From Azolla caroliniana (taxonomy: Eukaryota > Plantae > Polypodiophyta): DNA of 64,000 nucleotides. The notes below the pieces were generated by a model. That model was not told where the DNA came from, made no database searches, and was given only the letters and a program-made list of their open reading frames with translations. A program made the translations under genes and the position numbers. Positions 14,201-27,728 of this stretch are shown piece after piece (position 1 is the first letter of the stretch; every line of letters starts with the position of its first letter). The stretch is taken from the NCBI GenBank assembly GCA_043228905.1, contig JBHGNT010000011.1:17918001-17982000 (forward strand). Reading direction: 5' to 3'.

Positions 14201-17200
14201 TCAAGAGTGGCAAGAACTCAATGCAAACCCACCGCAAACCATGGCTATAATAATATACATCACTAACACTATAATAAGTGAAAGGGTACCCCTGCAAAAG
14301 AAACAAAGGTTGAGAACACCACTACAACATTCAGTTTAACATCAAAATACCAAACAAAAAGTACAGTCATAAGACCCACATCAGTTTTAAATTCTTCATC
14401 CAGAGTGCTTGCTGAAGGCGACGTGACTGCTTCTTGAATCGGAAAGAGTTATCTTGTATAGTGGACGACTTATCCACTAACAGTTCGATTCTTTCTCCTC
14501 TGTCTAAAACCTTGTCAATATTTTCTACCATAATAGATCTCACCTGTACATCAATCCCTCAACTATTATTATACGATGAGAAAGATTTAAGATGAATAAG
14601 AACACAAGGTCGCTGCTGCACAAGATCCTACTATACACACTATATAGCATCAAACAAGGACAACAAAGCTTGTTCATAAATATGGCCAAAATCATACATA
14701 GTATTGATTTCAAAAACATGGCAAAAGCTTATATAATCACCCACGATTTCGTTACTCCGGCCTTTCTATAGAATGATAGGACCAGGCAAACAGCTATACA
14801 CAACTATAGAAAAATTGTTCATTGGATTGAAAAGTTATATCTTGACTTCCGGCATAGTTTTTTTTATTGTACAGAGTTTGAATCATTGAAATACATATCC
14901 AGTAAGAAATATACAAAAACCTTACCTCGTTCATTTCTCCTATAACACGATTTAAGGTATCTGCATTTGGGTTTGTAGAAAAGTATTCCATTTGCTGATG
15001 CAGTACCCGAGAAAATTCGTCATTCATTTCATAAGCAAGCGCTGTATATACTTTGTGCCCATAGGTCTTTGTGAATCGCATGTGGATATCTTCCAAATAT
15101 GCAAATGGAATGCGTCCTAGACAACCATATAAACAGAAAGTTGGATGCAAGCCACAAGTAATTCATGAATGACACATCAAAAACAAACACTGCAGCTTTG
15201 CAACAGCTTCCAACAAATGGTAACTTCTAACCATCCACCAGAACATAAATACCCAGTTCCAATGAAGTGGTATTATAGAGGAAAGGATACACCCACACAG
15301 AAAAGATAATAATACATGCCACAGGTCATGGCTGATGGATCAAGGAAGATGGGAATAACTCAGCAGAAGTCATATCAAAAGAACAGGAAAACTGAATCAA
15401 AAAGCTCAACAATAAAAACACAAATGCTAAGATTTTATAGAGTCTACCTGAAGTCATATTAATGTTGGAGCTATTGAAGTAATATAGTTTATATAGGAGA
15501 CAAATGGGGGTTTCTTATATGAACAAGTTGAATCTCAGATTTCATGGTGTTGGGAACAAAATTGGAACATCCAAAATCTTCCTACATTGGAGATTTGGCA
15601 TGGAGAGCTAGGAAAGATGATTCATAAAACAAAAAATTTGTTAAAAAATTCCTGGTATATTTTGCATAGACATGCAAAGACAAATGATAATATACCAAAG
15701 AAAATCTTGGCGTACTTTTCTGCATAGGTCACAACCAATTAGTAATTCATAGGTCACCTGAAGGTGTTCTTTTGGTTCTTCCTTCATGACATTAATTAAT
15801 AACAAACTTTACTTGCTCCCAGAAACTTTTCACTAGTTCCCCTGAAACTTTTTATTTGCTATTTTGTTTTCCAACATGCTCCCACAAAACTTTTAAAGCC
15901 AGACCAGACAAAACTACATGGTCAATGTGAAATGACAGAGGTGATGGTCCCTAGAGCCATGACGCCAATGCCTGGTATCAGCATATGGCTGTTTGGAGGG
16001 GGCGTGTGTCAAGTCATAAATACGTGCTTACACTACCACTTTAGGTTAGGCGCCACATAAAGCAAATTAAAACTTATAAGACAGTGGGTTAAGATATGTT
16101 TATTGAAGAGCTGACACTCTGAACCAAGAACAAGTCTTATCTTATTCAAGCCTAGCTTTTTTTATATGTAAAACTCAAAACATAGCTTTAGATCTGGTGG
16201 AGAGTCATTCTAGAGTGAGAAAATCTGCTGCTGACGTATCTAATATGCTTTGTTTTTCACTATGCTTGGAGGAGAGTATCTTGGAAGCCTCACCTGCAAG
16301 CTTTAAAGGTTGAAATAAGATTGAACTGATAGGTATAATGTTAGTTGTACCTTCTTCTGTTAATTATCACTAAAGAAATATCGAAAGGGTTGTTAGTCTT
16401 CGGGATCAATAGTGTGTCAACTTTCTAGCTCAAAAGCACTCCACCCTCCTGTATATCAATGAGTCCAAAATCTTGAGAAGACGTTTCTTTTTTATGTAAG
16501 TTTTTCTACAAATGTTGGCCAGATGTCTGGCCAAATTTAATTTTTTACTGCATTCACCAACTCCACAAATCGGTTTCATGTTCAAAAGGGCTATAGTTGA
16601 GGGATTTTCTAGCTCACTCGATTCAGCACTATCATACTAATAATTCAACAGTGAAGAACCCATGATTCTTGATGACTAAAAAACAATCATGATCAATCAA
16701 TACTTTATCAAGAAAAATCATCAAGTTAAGGGTCTATATTGCTTCAAAGGCCCTTTAGAGACATGTAAATGTCATAAATCAAGGTACAAAACACATTTTC
16801 CATGGGGATTCACTATCCAACCAAGTAGGCACATGGTCACAACATTCGAGCTTTTATTAGGGGAACAAAGCACATAAATTGTGTCATTCTGCAGGATCTT
16901 TGATACATTGCCAATGCTATACTCATGAACAGATTGCAAGCTGCTTGGGTACCGAATACAAGATTTATATCCTTTATGAGACTGTGCCATGAAGAATCCA
17001 AGCATCATCAAGTCAGACAATCAAAGAAAATACGATTGTGCATCCATTTTATATTGGGCTACACATTGACTAGATTTCAAACAAAATACATAGGTCGTAC
17101 AAAACAAGGACACCCCAACACTAGAACTTAAATAAATACTCCAATTTCCAGATGATATCATTTCTCCTCGAACTCAGCTAAAAAATCATTTAGAGAGCAT

Positions 17201-17587
17201 AGGATACATTCACAGAAACCTAGATCCTCAACCATCCAGACAGCAAGACTGATGTGTTTCTGTGTGCATGCGCGTGAGTGAAAGAGAAAATGAATATTCA
17301 AAAGCAAAGAAGAGATACCACTTACTTCCAAAGGCATCGTTGGCCATACAGAGAAAAGACAGATCTTCTGGGGATCGGAAGACATGGAAGATATGGCGAT
17401 CCTGGGAGAAGGAGAGGTGGGAGCTGTCGATTGGAGGAGGGGATGGAGCAGAAGAAGTGGGAGAAGGGGAGGAAAGGAGGAGCTTCTCGAGCAAGCGGCG
17501 AGCTATGGTGCCCGCGTTACCTGAAGCAGCGCTGAACTCGGCGAGGACAATGGTGCCCCTGGCTACGAGGGCATAGAGAATCGCCAT
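14201..17587 (-). CDS. VAMP714: Vesicle-associated membrane protein 71-type R-SNARE (longin + SNARE + TM), 235 aa, 4 exons
   Basis: Exons 17326-17587, 14926-15116, 14380-14543 and 14201-14291 (708 nt, GT-AG). Sequence includes MAILYALVARGTIVLAEFS, RRIPFAYLEDIHMRF, MNDEFSRVLHQQMEYFS, VRSIMVENIDKVLDRGERIELLVDK and a C-terminal TM ending VCGGFALSSCHS*. Confidence 0.93.
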
Positions 17588-19614
17588 GGATCGACGGGAA
17601 GGATGCAGCAGAGAAAAGGAAAACTCTGCGATCCACCCGCAGACGGAGACGGAAGCTCTGTCTCTGTCTCTGTCTCTGTCTCTGTCTCTGTCTGTCTCTG
17701 TTTCTCCTTCCCGCTGTCAAACCCCCCCTCTCTGTTTTGTCTGCCGCCGGGTAGACTATTTTTTATTATTTATTATTTATTATTTATTTTTATTATTTAT
17801 TTTTATTATTTATATAATTATTATTATGTATGTACATACAGTATGTATGTACTAGAAAATTACAAATCATTTTATTTAGGTTTTTTGGAAAATAAAATAA
17901 ATAAATAAACAAATCATTATTTAGGGGCCCCACTCATATGATATATATCATGCATAGGACATAATCAACTCACCCCACAACCACAAGCTTTGCCGCCACT
18001 CGGCAAGCCCCTCCCCATTTCTCCCTATGAGAGATGAGTCGTGAGTAGTTTGGTTTCCGAGGAACAGAATTAACCTTCATTGTACCATGAAGTCGGAGAT
18101 GATGATGATGATGATGATGATGATGCGACCAACGATGATATGTTACCACGCCTCGTGAAACTCCTGGTGTAATACGATTCGTAGGGTCGATAAATGCAGG
18201 AACACAATTTCTCGCACGAGACTCCTAGTGGGTGTAACATGATTCGTGGGATCAGTAAATGTAGTAAAAGTGTTGATTGATGTGTCAAGGATGCTTGATT
18301 CGTGGGATCAGTAAATGCAGTAATATAATTTGTAGGATCAGTAAATGCAACAAAGGAGTTTCTTTGATCTATCGAGGATGGGAGAAACTTATTCTCCCTA
18401 GATGGGGCTATGGCCTTTCCAGTCCAAGGCTTTATATTGTACTATTGATTATGAACAGTGTCATGGACTCATCGTTGTCATCATTGGTCATGCAATATTA
18501 TAAAAAAAATCATTACAAGGTGAGTTTCTTACTATGCAATCCTCTCTCTTGCATATTTTCTATATCGTATGCCTTGCTCCTGCCACTAATTAAGAAGTGG
18601 TAGCATAGTTGTATCTTGTATGTTATCCCCATGTGCTTATTACATGCCCAAAACAATAGTTCATTAAGTTGTCCTTCATCAAACATGTGGTCTAGTTTTT
18701 CCCAATGAGACCAGTTTTTGTGAGCCCAACCTTAGTGAAAGATTAATTTGAAGTTACTAACTCAATTGAGCATGTTGTCAATGAGATTGTACATGTCCTC
18801 GTATCATTATCGAGATACATCTTAGATTGAGATTGAACCTAGCCCCAAAATGGGATATGGGAACGGGTAGTTTAAATCTAGAATGAGCTCAAGTTGAGGA
18901 AAAGAAGAATGTGGGCATTGAGTGGAGACGAGAGCAACCAACCCTCTGATTGACAAGATGAAGCTTAGCATGTCACACACTTCATTCCATCTACATTTCA
19001 CGATGTTGAACTATGAGAGAGCTTGATACAAGCCCATTGTAATGAGAAGAGACATAAGGAGGTTGTTACACACTTTGATGTGGGTGACTTTGTCCATGGC
19101 CCAATCAAAGACTACATCCATTCTAGAGAAGAAGATATAACCACGAGCATTAGCAATCTGGATTGAGTGACCTTGGGTAGAGTACTCGGCATAAGTGATA
19201 AGAAAACTCGCTTATAATGTTTGTTTCTAGTCAAGGTTCCTTAATGAGTTACATGGAAAAAGGGGACTTTTAATTATATTAATCGTGATAAGTTAAGTTG
19301 GTTTCAATTATCATAGGATGGGATTCTTTTCTTGCAATGTCACATGCATCGTAGTAGTTTGGCAAGTTCAGTTCTAATCTAGTCCTAATTAACACAATGG
19401 TTTTAGTACAACATCGACATTATCACATGATTTGTATGATACGTATTACAAACAAGCTCCGTTTCAAGCCGATGCAATACAAGTTATACATCCAAGCTAC
19501 AAAGTTCAAGAGCATTATGGGAACATCAGGGAGAGCGAGCGGTAAAATTGCATGGCATAGATTTTTAAACGCTAACAAAGGCTAAATTCGTGAAGACAAA
19601 AAATATACATGACC

Positions 19615-19658
<44 letters not shown>

Positions 19659-19992
19659 CCGATCTTCTTTTGTTAATTTCCGCAAATGCCCTTGAGTGAT
19701 CCTGGAGGTTATTTCCCGAAATGATCCTCCTCTAGTTTCTTCATCCTCTCCCATGCCTAGGGGATCATGCATGAGGTGGCTCTTTCTCGATCTATTGAGA
19801 TGTGTGTGCTCTTTCAACAATCCCATGATCAAATCCTGTGTTTCTTATTTGGGGAGGGGTGAAGAAAGGGGCATACGGGGAAATAACCAGAACTGAAGGG
19901 CATTCTGTGGAAATAGATAGAACCCCCCCCCCCCCCCCCTTCTCGCGTCGCCGCCTGCAGGAAGGCGGCGGAAGAAGCGGGCGGTGTGATAA

Positions 19993-20019
19993 TTTAGGGT
20001 TTAGGGTTAGGGTTTAGGG
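19993..20019 (+). repeat. Interstitial plant telomeric repeat / telo-box cluster
   Basis: TTTAGGG TTTAGGG TTAGGG TTTAGGG, 8 bp beyond the stop codon of the minus-strand ORF ending at 20028. Confidence 0.85.
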
Positions 20020-20027
20020 CCCCGATC

Positions 20028-20236
20028 TTAGCACTGCAGCCTCGCCACGGGCCGTTGCTCAGAGCCTCGCCGCCGAGGCGTAATGCTGAGGATGTAGAGG
20101 ACTACGAAGACCTGCAAGAGGACGGCTATGGAGAGCATCAGGGCGCCGACAATCAGGCCGACTCTCTTGCGCTCTGTGGATGGTCTCGGCGTGGCAGTTG
20201 GGAGGAGGAGGACTGGCGTGGCTGCACCAGGGCTCA

Positions 20237-20268
<32 letters not shown>

Positions 20269-20630
20269 TATTGAGGAGGCAATACTGATGATGAAGAGGC
20301 ATTTTTAACACCACTTCCTGTCTCAGGAGAATGTGTAGGAGGAGGCATTGGCGATGGTGATGGTGAACCACTGCGAGGTCGAGTGGGTTCAACCGCAGAA
20401 GGGCTTGAAGAGGAGAAAGTGATCGAAGGTGGAGATTGTGGCGGTTGGGTGCAAGGATTATTAGATGGACATCCCAGCGCCAATATCTTGGGTTGAGCAT
20501 GGCATGAGATTATTGTCACCACCATAGTATTCGGCTCTGCTGCGTGTAGCATCCAGATCAAAACCATTACCATGAGTTTTGCAGAATTTAGGCGACCACA
20601 TTTCCATCGATGAAGATCTGCCATATCCAT
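20028..20630 (-). CDS. Pro/Ser-rich single-pass membrane protein, paralog 1 (200 aa, intronless)
   Basis: N-terminal hydrophobic segment (LMVMVLIWMLHAAEP), a SP/PPPP-rich region, TM VGLIVGALMLSIAVLLQVFVVLYIL and a basic RRR tail. Homologous to the ORFs at 24319 and 27729. Confidence 0.75.
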
Positions 20631-22639
20631 TATTAATTACCTTACGAATCTATGTAAATCCGATCCAAAGTGTGTTGCCCCCCCCCCCCCCCCCCCTCTC
20701 CTGCTTGGCAGGTTGCCAGATTAATCCTCACACTGAAGGGAAGCGAGCGATTAATGAATCAGATCTCCATCTCCATCTCCACTTGTTTGTTTAGGGTTTT
20801 GTGTTTGTTAATAAGGAGAGACCTGCAAGGCCATATGACTTGGTCCTCATAATGTTGACTTGAGGGTCTCCTGAAGCGTAGAAAACGTTACAGCCCCACT
20901 AATATCATATACACTATTCTTATTCACATTATCTCTTTGGCCAATTATCCTTGGCTTCTTCTTCGGTTTCACACTGTGCTGCAACCCCCTCCTGAGAGAA
21001 CTCGATCCGAGGACATCTCCGGCGTATCCATCCATCCCTCGGGTAAGCAGCCGAGACTCTATAGCTACTATCAAGTAATGGGTTGTCATATGGTTAATAG
21101 GTTTTTTTACACACCCATATTAGTCCGTAATCCAATCGGATTTCATAAACCCTAAACCCATCTTTGTTTCGTATCAAGTCTAGGTCAATGCTGAGTTTTT
21201 GAATGTGTGCCCACTCCCTTAAGTTGGGTGCACACTGCAAATTGTTCACTGATTTCATATTCAGGCTGAAGCCCGCCCCGCCCATATATACACTAGGAGG
21301 AATGAAGGATTAATATAATCAGAAAAGGAAAGGCTTCGTTCTAGCCCAACAAATATGGGGTATCGCTTTCTTTATTGGAGACTGGATTGGTCAACAAGAC
21401 GAGTGCTTTAAAATTTTTACTCTTACTTCAATTTGCTAATTTTGCTTTTAATGAATTCCTTTGAGAGTTGGTGGGCGAAGGTAATGACTTTAGTTGCCGA
21501 TACCCATTGATATATTGTCTTATTTGCCAAACATTCCCACAAATTTTGGACTCACTCCAAAAGTTTTATGCCAACATATATGTCGAGTGAGGGGCAAGAA
21601 TAACCAACTTTCCGTGTCATTTTGAGGATGAAATTTTCTTTCTTAGGGATACACACACACACAAACCTCGAGAGTATATTTGTACATCAATTGAAACCAT
21701 ATCCACTAATAATTCCAACCTTTTAAATCAAATTATGACCTCCATGTTATATCACAGTGTTCAACTAAGAGAGCACACAAACCTATTCACTATTGACTTG
21801 GGAATTTACATACATACATAGTGATAGCACTTTCCCCTTATAATCTTTGCATAGTTTTCAGAGTTTTTCCAGAGGGAGGTACAAATAATTTCTCCAAGTT
21901 TTTAAAACTGCAAAAGAGAACTTGATGACTAGCTTTATCAGATGCTTTTTTCTTTTAGTAATGGGTATATTTTACATTATCCAAAGTACAAGGGTTACTT
22001 CTTTAATTAGTATTAATTTTCTTTTATTAAGACCAACTACTCTTTAGTTAGCTGAATTAATTTAACTAATAATATGATTGTTTTCACATATTTACTAACT
22101 AAACAAATCACGTCATTGATGATTGTACCCAAGTGATAATGACGCCTAAATATGAAAAAAAGGATCGTATGCATGATTGAATGGCATGCTTATGATTCTA
22201 CATCAGAAGGTGAAACCCTAATGGTAAGTGTCTAGAATCCCAATTACAATTGAGGGAAAATAACTTGCTTACCTTTCACTTAGGTCTCCATGTGATAGAA
22301 ATGGCGTTTTCTATAAAGTGCTGGCCACGCCAAGATGCAACTGCCTTTATTGTACACCTCACATTGAGATTGAGATTGAGATATGGAATCGTATGTGCAA
22401 ATCCCTCATATTATATGAACACTATTTTTGTTGAAATTTTTAGATTGCACGGCCGAACAATGAGCGAATGTTGCGGGCATGATCACAAGTATTGAAGGGA
22501 TTCAAATGGTCGTGAATCCATCAATATTGAGTCATTATGAAGTCTCGACCGTGTTGTCGTAATTAGAGAAGGACCTTATCAATGACCGGACCCATCATGA
22601 AAGAAGTCAAGTCAAGAGAACCAATTCGGACCGTCAGAG

Positions 22640-22885
22640 AAAAAGCAAAAGCAGAGAAGAGGTGCCAGTTCTAAACAAGTCATCGTTGGCCATACAGAGA
22701 AAAAGACAGAGCTTCTGAGGATAGAAAAATATGGCAATCCCTGGGAGAACGAGAGGTGAGAACTGTCTATTGGAAGAAGAAGAAGAAGAAGAAGAAGGAG
22801 GAGGTAGCGGATGAGAGAAGAAGCTTCTCCAGCAAGCCGAGAGCTATGGTGCCTGCGTTTCATAGTGTCGCTGCGCAGCACTCAG
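22640..22885 (-). pseudogene. Decayed duplicate of VAMP714 exon 1 with adjacent intron bases
   Basis: catcgttggccatacagagaaaa.gacaga, ctgggagaa.gagaggtg and agcttctc.agcaagc.g.gagctatggtgcc.gcgtt align to 17300-17540. Frameshifted remnants include PIDSSHLSFSQ and FSVWPTM. Confidence 0.85.
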
Positions 22886-24318
22886 GATAGCGCGTATATA
22901 CATGAAGACATGTAGAACATCAAGCCTTGTAGAAGGCAAATAATTGTGGATAAGGAAAGATTACTGTAGAAGAAAACCGAGAATTGTAGCGGATATACAC
23001 ACGAACCAAAGAAGACCAAAAAGGAAAACCAATTGTTATCTTAATATTGAAGAGAAATGGTGAAATAGTGAAATGTATGAGATGGGTTAAGGAAATCAAG
23101 AAGATTGACCCTTGGTAGTAGATAAAGTTCAGAGCAAGAAAACCAAACAGAATCATTGTCTCTTTGGTTATGATAATCCCAAAGCCATGAAGAAGTGAGT
23201 GTTTATGCAACTGTCGCAACCATAGTGGTTCACCATGATCTTTATTGTGTTGTCTTGAGTTCTGATTGTCATGATCATGAATTTCCTTTATCACTTACAA
23301 TTGTAGCATCAAGATATACTACGAACATGGCAAGTCTAGTTAAATTTATATTTGTTAGTAATGATTTATTGAAAAATAACGCATAAAGTAACCTCACATA
23401 ACTCGGACATAAATCGTTAATGTAGCAACATGGTCTGATATTGAAACAATTTGGCTTAGAGTGATTCCATATTGTACTTAATGGTGTGTCTTCAAGGTTT
23501 CCCAATCTTCCTTGCATTCCTTACAATCCCATTGCTTTTATATGATCACTAGCCAGTCCACAAGATTAGGACAAAGGATTTAAACACTGATATTAAGACA
23601 TATATAAATCTATTAAGATGACTAAATTTACGATGTTTATTCTGGCCATTATATTGCATTTATAAAATGTAGGGACATAAACAATACAATATATAAGTGC
23701 AATAGTGAAGCTTGTTCTTCTTCATATCAAGTTTGTGGTGGGTTTTCAGGCTCTCCAGCAAATCTGTTGATGGTTGGATGCTGGGCACATAGTATTATCA
23801 AGCAAGATTAATCCTTCATAATTCTCGGTTACTAAGTTTACTTATTTGCTGCTTATAATTAAACAATGGGTTTAATACAATATAGTCATTATCATTATAG
23901 TCTGCACAATACATTTCCAGCATTGACAAATGGCCCAATTACGAGATCGAGGAAAATCTCAACAGTAACTGGGATACCAAAGATTCATGTACAAACTACA
24001 ATCGGAGGTAATACTCCAAAAAAGCAACTAAAAGTAACACACGGAATCCATCTTCTTTATTTTCTCTAATGCCCTTGTGTCTTTATTCCATGAAATGCCC
24101 TTTCATTTGTCAACGCCAGAGAAACCTCGGGCCATTGGCTTGTGTGTATTATTTGAGTTAATCGACAGATTTTATGTGGTGAAACTCCATCCCCACCAGA
24201 AGAATCCTAAGGGCATAAGGGTGAAATAAAGAGGAAAGCCAGTCCTCAGGCAGGTGACAGGAGATCCAGGCCACCATGGAGAGAGACCTCTAATGTCTGT
24301 CGGCTGCCCCTCCCCTGG

Positions 24319-24762
24319 TTAACAATGCCACCATCCATATCTGATGCCAAGGATGTAGACGACTACGAAGACCTGTAGGAGGAGGGCGATAGACAGGAAC
24401 GAGATACCGGTGATTTTGCCTTCATTAAGCTTCTTCGGTGTCGGAACGGTGGAGGGAGAAGGAGAAGGAGAAGGAGAAGGAGAAGGAGGAGGAGGAGGAG
24501 GAGGAGGAGGAGGAGGAGGAGAAGAAGGAGGAGAAGAATCAGGAGGAGCAGGAGCAGGAGCAGGAGCAGGAGGAAGCGGGGTCTGAGTGTCTTCTGCAGG
24601 GGAATGGGTTTCGGCTATGGAGCGGCTTGTGACTAGGGCATGATGGGGCTGTGGTAGATGCAGTATCCAGATCATAATCAGTACCATTCTCACATAATTA
24701 TGAAGGCCGGCAGTGATGGTGGGCGCAGTATAACACCCAGTTCCACGAAGTAGTGCCGCCAT
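24319..24762 (-). CDS. Pro-rich single-pass membrane protein, paralog 2 (147 aa from MAALL)
   Basis: ATG at 24762, signal-like MVLIMIWILHLPQP, AP/SP/PPPP repeats, then KKLNEGKITGISFLSIALLLQVFVVVYILGIRYGWWHC*. Confidence 0.8.
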   Translation of the reverse strand: MAALLRGTGCYTAPTITAGLHNYVRMVLIMIWILHLPQPHHALVTSRSIAETHSPAEDTQTPLPPAPAPAPAPPDSSPPSSPPPPPPPPPPPPSPSPSPSPSPSTVPTPKKLNEGKITGISFLSIALLLQVFVVVYILGIRYGWWHC

Positions 24763-25209
24763 AAATTTTATTTTTGACCCAACAGTAAATCCCTGGATCT
24801 GTTTGGAGCCGACCACCGGTCTTCTTCTTCTTCTTCTTCTTCTTCTTCTTCTTCTTCTTCTTCTGCGCAGACAGGGGATTCAAATATGATGAGTCCAGAA
24901 TTCTTATGTTTTCTTTGTTACTAGGATTGAATTTAATGTTTTTGTAAATAATGGTGTGTCGTATCTCTTTGATGATGATCAGATCAGATCTTCTTCTTCT
25001 TCTTCTGATTCTTCTAATTCTGATTCTTGTGTTTCCATTGTTTCATTGTACTCCGAGCCCCAATACCTTTAGGATATTGACCGATGAGTCATGAAAAAGT
25101 CAACGCGTTGAAATTCTTAATAATTGCTCGAATTGCTTATATATACATATATATATAATTTGTAAAACCATCTCTTTGATTATTGATAGAAGTCTTGACC
25201 TTCGTGTTC

Positions 25210-25390
25210 ACACCTGTGGGTGGGTTTAGGGCAGAACCCAATCCGGAGGCGTCTACGGTGGCACCTCGAATCTGCAATGACCTTCCCTCGACGCATATAG
25301 AACGTATAAGTTATACCTACGTGCTAGTGACTTGAACTATGGCATCTAGAATCCATGATGAAACCTCCCACCCAAGAACTTATTAAGGAT
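25210..25390 (-). mobile_element. Possible decayed tRNA-derived SINE
   Basis: The minus strand has a box-B-like GTTCAAGTC (25329-25337) about 40 nt after a weak box-A-like motif. No TSD was identified. Confidence 0.25.
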
Positions 25391-27728
25391 ACTTTGTAAC
25401 TCTCTCAGGTTACACTTTTTTTGCCCTTCTTGAATCTTGTCTTGTACTTAAGCCGGCCGATCACACCGGCATTAACATTCTCATTCGCTTTTATAAGGCA
25501 CAATGCATTTGCTTAGTTGATCTTGTTTCCGAAATTTAAAGCCGCATCGGTGACTGAGTCAACGCTCAAGTTCAAAAATTAGACCTAAAATGAGGTGTAG
25601 AAAGACCAAGATTTACATGTTGAAATAACAAGATTGAATTTACATGTCATTGAGTGGGAAGGGGAATTTGACAATGAAAACAAATGCAAACTGAGGGCTA
25701 TCCAAGGGGAAAACATGATACACACTGTATGTCACGACATTAAATTCTAATCCCCTACATAGACACTTACGAAGATGGAAAAAATGGTTTTCCCTTTGTG
25801 ATCAAGCCAACACTCAAGGGTGTGTGTGACAACACGACTTAGAGACAATCACAAGATCATTTCTTTTCATAAGATTAGAATCAACTCCAATGTGACTAGA
25901 GTATCAAAAGGAGATATAGTTAGCATCTAATGCTCTCGAGCCTGTTTACTTTTAAGGGACTTCAAACACATAAGCATGCATACATACATGTGGGGATGCT
26001 TTAACTACTTACCATTTGAGCTCTTATTTTATTTCGTCTTTGCTTACCAAAATATTCTTGTCCATGATGTCCTCTAATCTCTTATGTGTGAAGAAATTAG
26101 GATATAGATTATCCTAATTTTACTTTGGGCAATTAGTATACACATTAAATCTAAACTTAGAGGCATTTTCAAAAATGTCATATCATCATTCATATCACTG
26201 TTTGTTACATACATATATATAGCATACAACATAACAATTCATGAAAATCTCAACTATTAAGCAATCAACCTAGTAGAACAATGGCCATACTTTGTTTACA
26301 TTACATTGCTCATCATCACTTCCTCTCTCTTTTTCCGAGGTCTAGAGTACACATGTTGGGAAAGAGGGGCAAGACACAGATAAAAAAACCAACCAACACT
26401 TCCAAATGGATAGAATTCTTTTTATGTTCCCTTAATTTTCGTCGATTAATATGGGAATGTAAAAATTCATCAAATGATCTTCAAGTGTTGCCCTCTTGGC
26501 ACTAGAATGGAACACCCAAACATAAGATGGTCAAGAACATCAAGAAGATTGACAAATGGTAATAGTTAAAAGGTCACATGCAAGATGGTTAGAATGATCT
26601 AGAACCCATAAAGGAGTGTTTACAAACGTGCCATGGCCCTAATGGCTCGCCATGATTACTTGTATAGTGTACTTGTCTAGAGTTTCTCTCATCGTCACGA
26701 ATTTCCTTTATCGCTTACAATTGTCGCATCAAGATCTACTTTAATCATGCTTGAATTGTTTCCAATATTGTATTTAATGAAGCATCTTGAAAAACAAGTT
26801 TTACAATATTTCTTATAAGGTTTTCGAGTGTCATTTACATGCCTTACAATCACGCTAGGTTTTTTAATGATCACTAGCCACTCCACTAGGTTAAGGTAAA
26901 GGACATTGAGACATCTAAAAATCTATGAAGATAACTAAATTTAACATTTTTATGTGTTCTCATCCCCATTATATTGCAATTATAAAATGTAGGGACATAA
27001 ACACAATATACAAGTCTTATGGTGAAGCTTGTGCTTCTCCATATCAAGTTTGTGAGGGGTTTTCTGACTCTCAAGCAAATCTATCGATGTTTGGATGTTG
27101 GGGCCATAACCAGTATTATCAAGCAAGATTAGTCCTTCATGATTATAGGTTAATAAATTTACATTTTTGTTGCTTATAGTTCAACAATGGTTTTAATACA
27201 ACATTATTAGTCATTATCATTATAATAATTTATACAATACAATACATACCGACATTGACAATGGATTGTAGGACAATTTGATGGGCAAGTGGTTCCAAGT
27301 TATGAAATTGAAGAAAATATCTACACTTGGAGGGACTGTAAAATTCCCTATACAAATCACTACAATGCAGCACTGCAAAGCAACTAAATAATAATACATG
27401 CCATCAATTTTGTCCATTTCCCCTAATGCCCGAATGTGTTGATATGAATTTATCTCATGAAATGCGTGCCTCTTCAATTGTCAAATGCTCGAACCCTCAC
27501 GCAATGGATGGATGGGTTGTGTATTTATTACGTTAATCAACAGATTTTATTGGGTAAAAAAATAAAATCATTCCCCTCTTTTGCTGAATTGATCATGAGA
27601 TGTGCTACAAATGTTTCTCTCAATTTGGAGGCCGGGGGGGGGGGCATCTGGGGAAATAACCAGAAGAAGCCTGGGGCATTTTTGGTGAGATAAAGAGAAA
27701 CACCACAGGAGAGACGAAGGCCACCGTT

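Noticed and set aside
15990-16060. PBS-like TGGTATCAG followed by a purine tract and TG (possible TRIM)
   Set aside because: No matching pair of terminal repeats was found on either side.
23090-23240. Short conserved plus-strand frames in the duplicated spacer (IKKID.W*, ECL..C....GSP*; also 26535-26655)
   Set aside because: Both copies are broken by stops and the similarity is explained by the segmental duplication alone. No product can be assigned.
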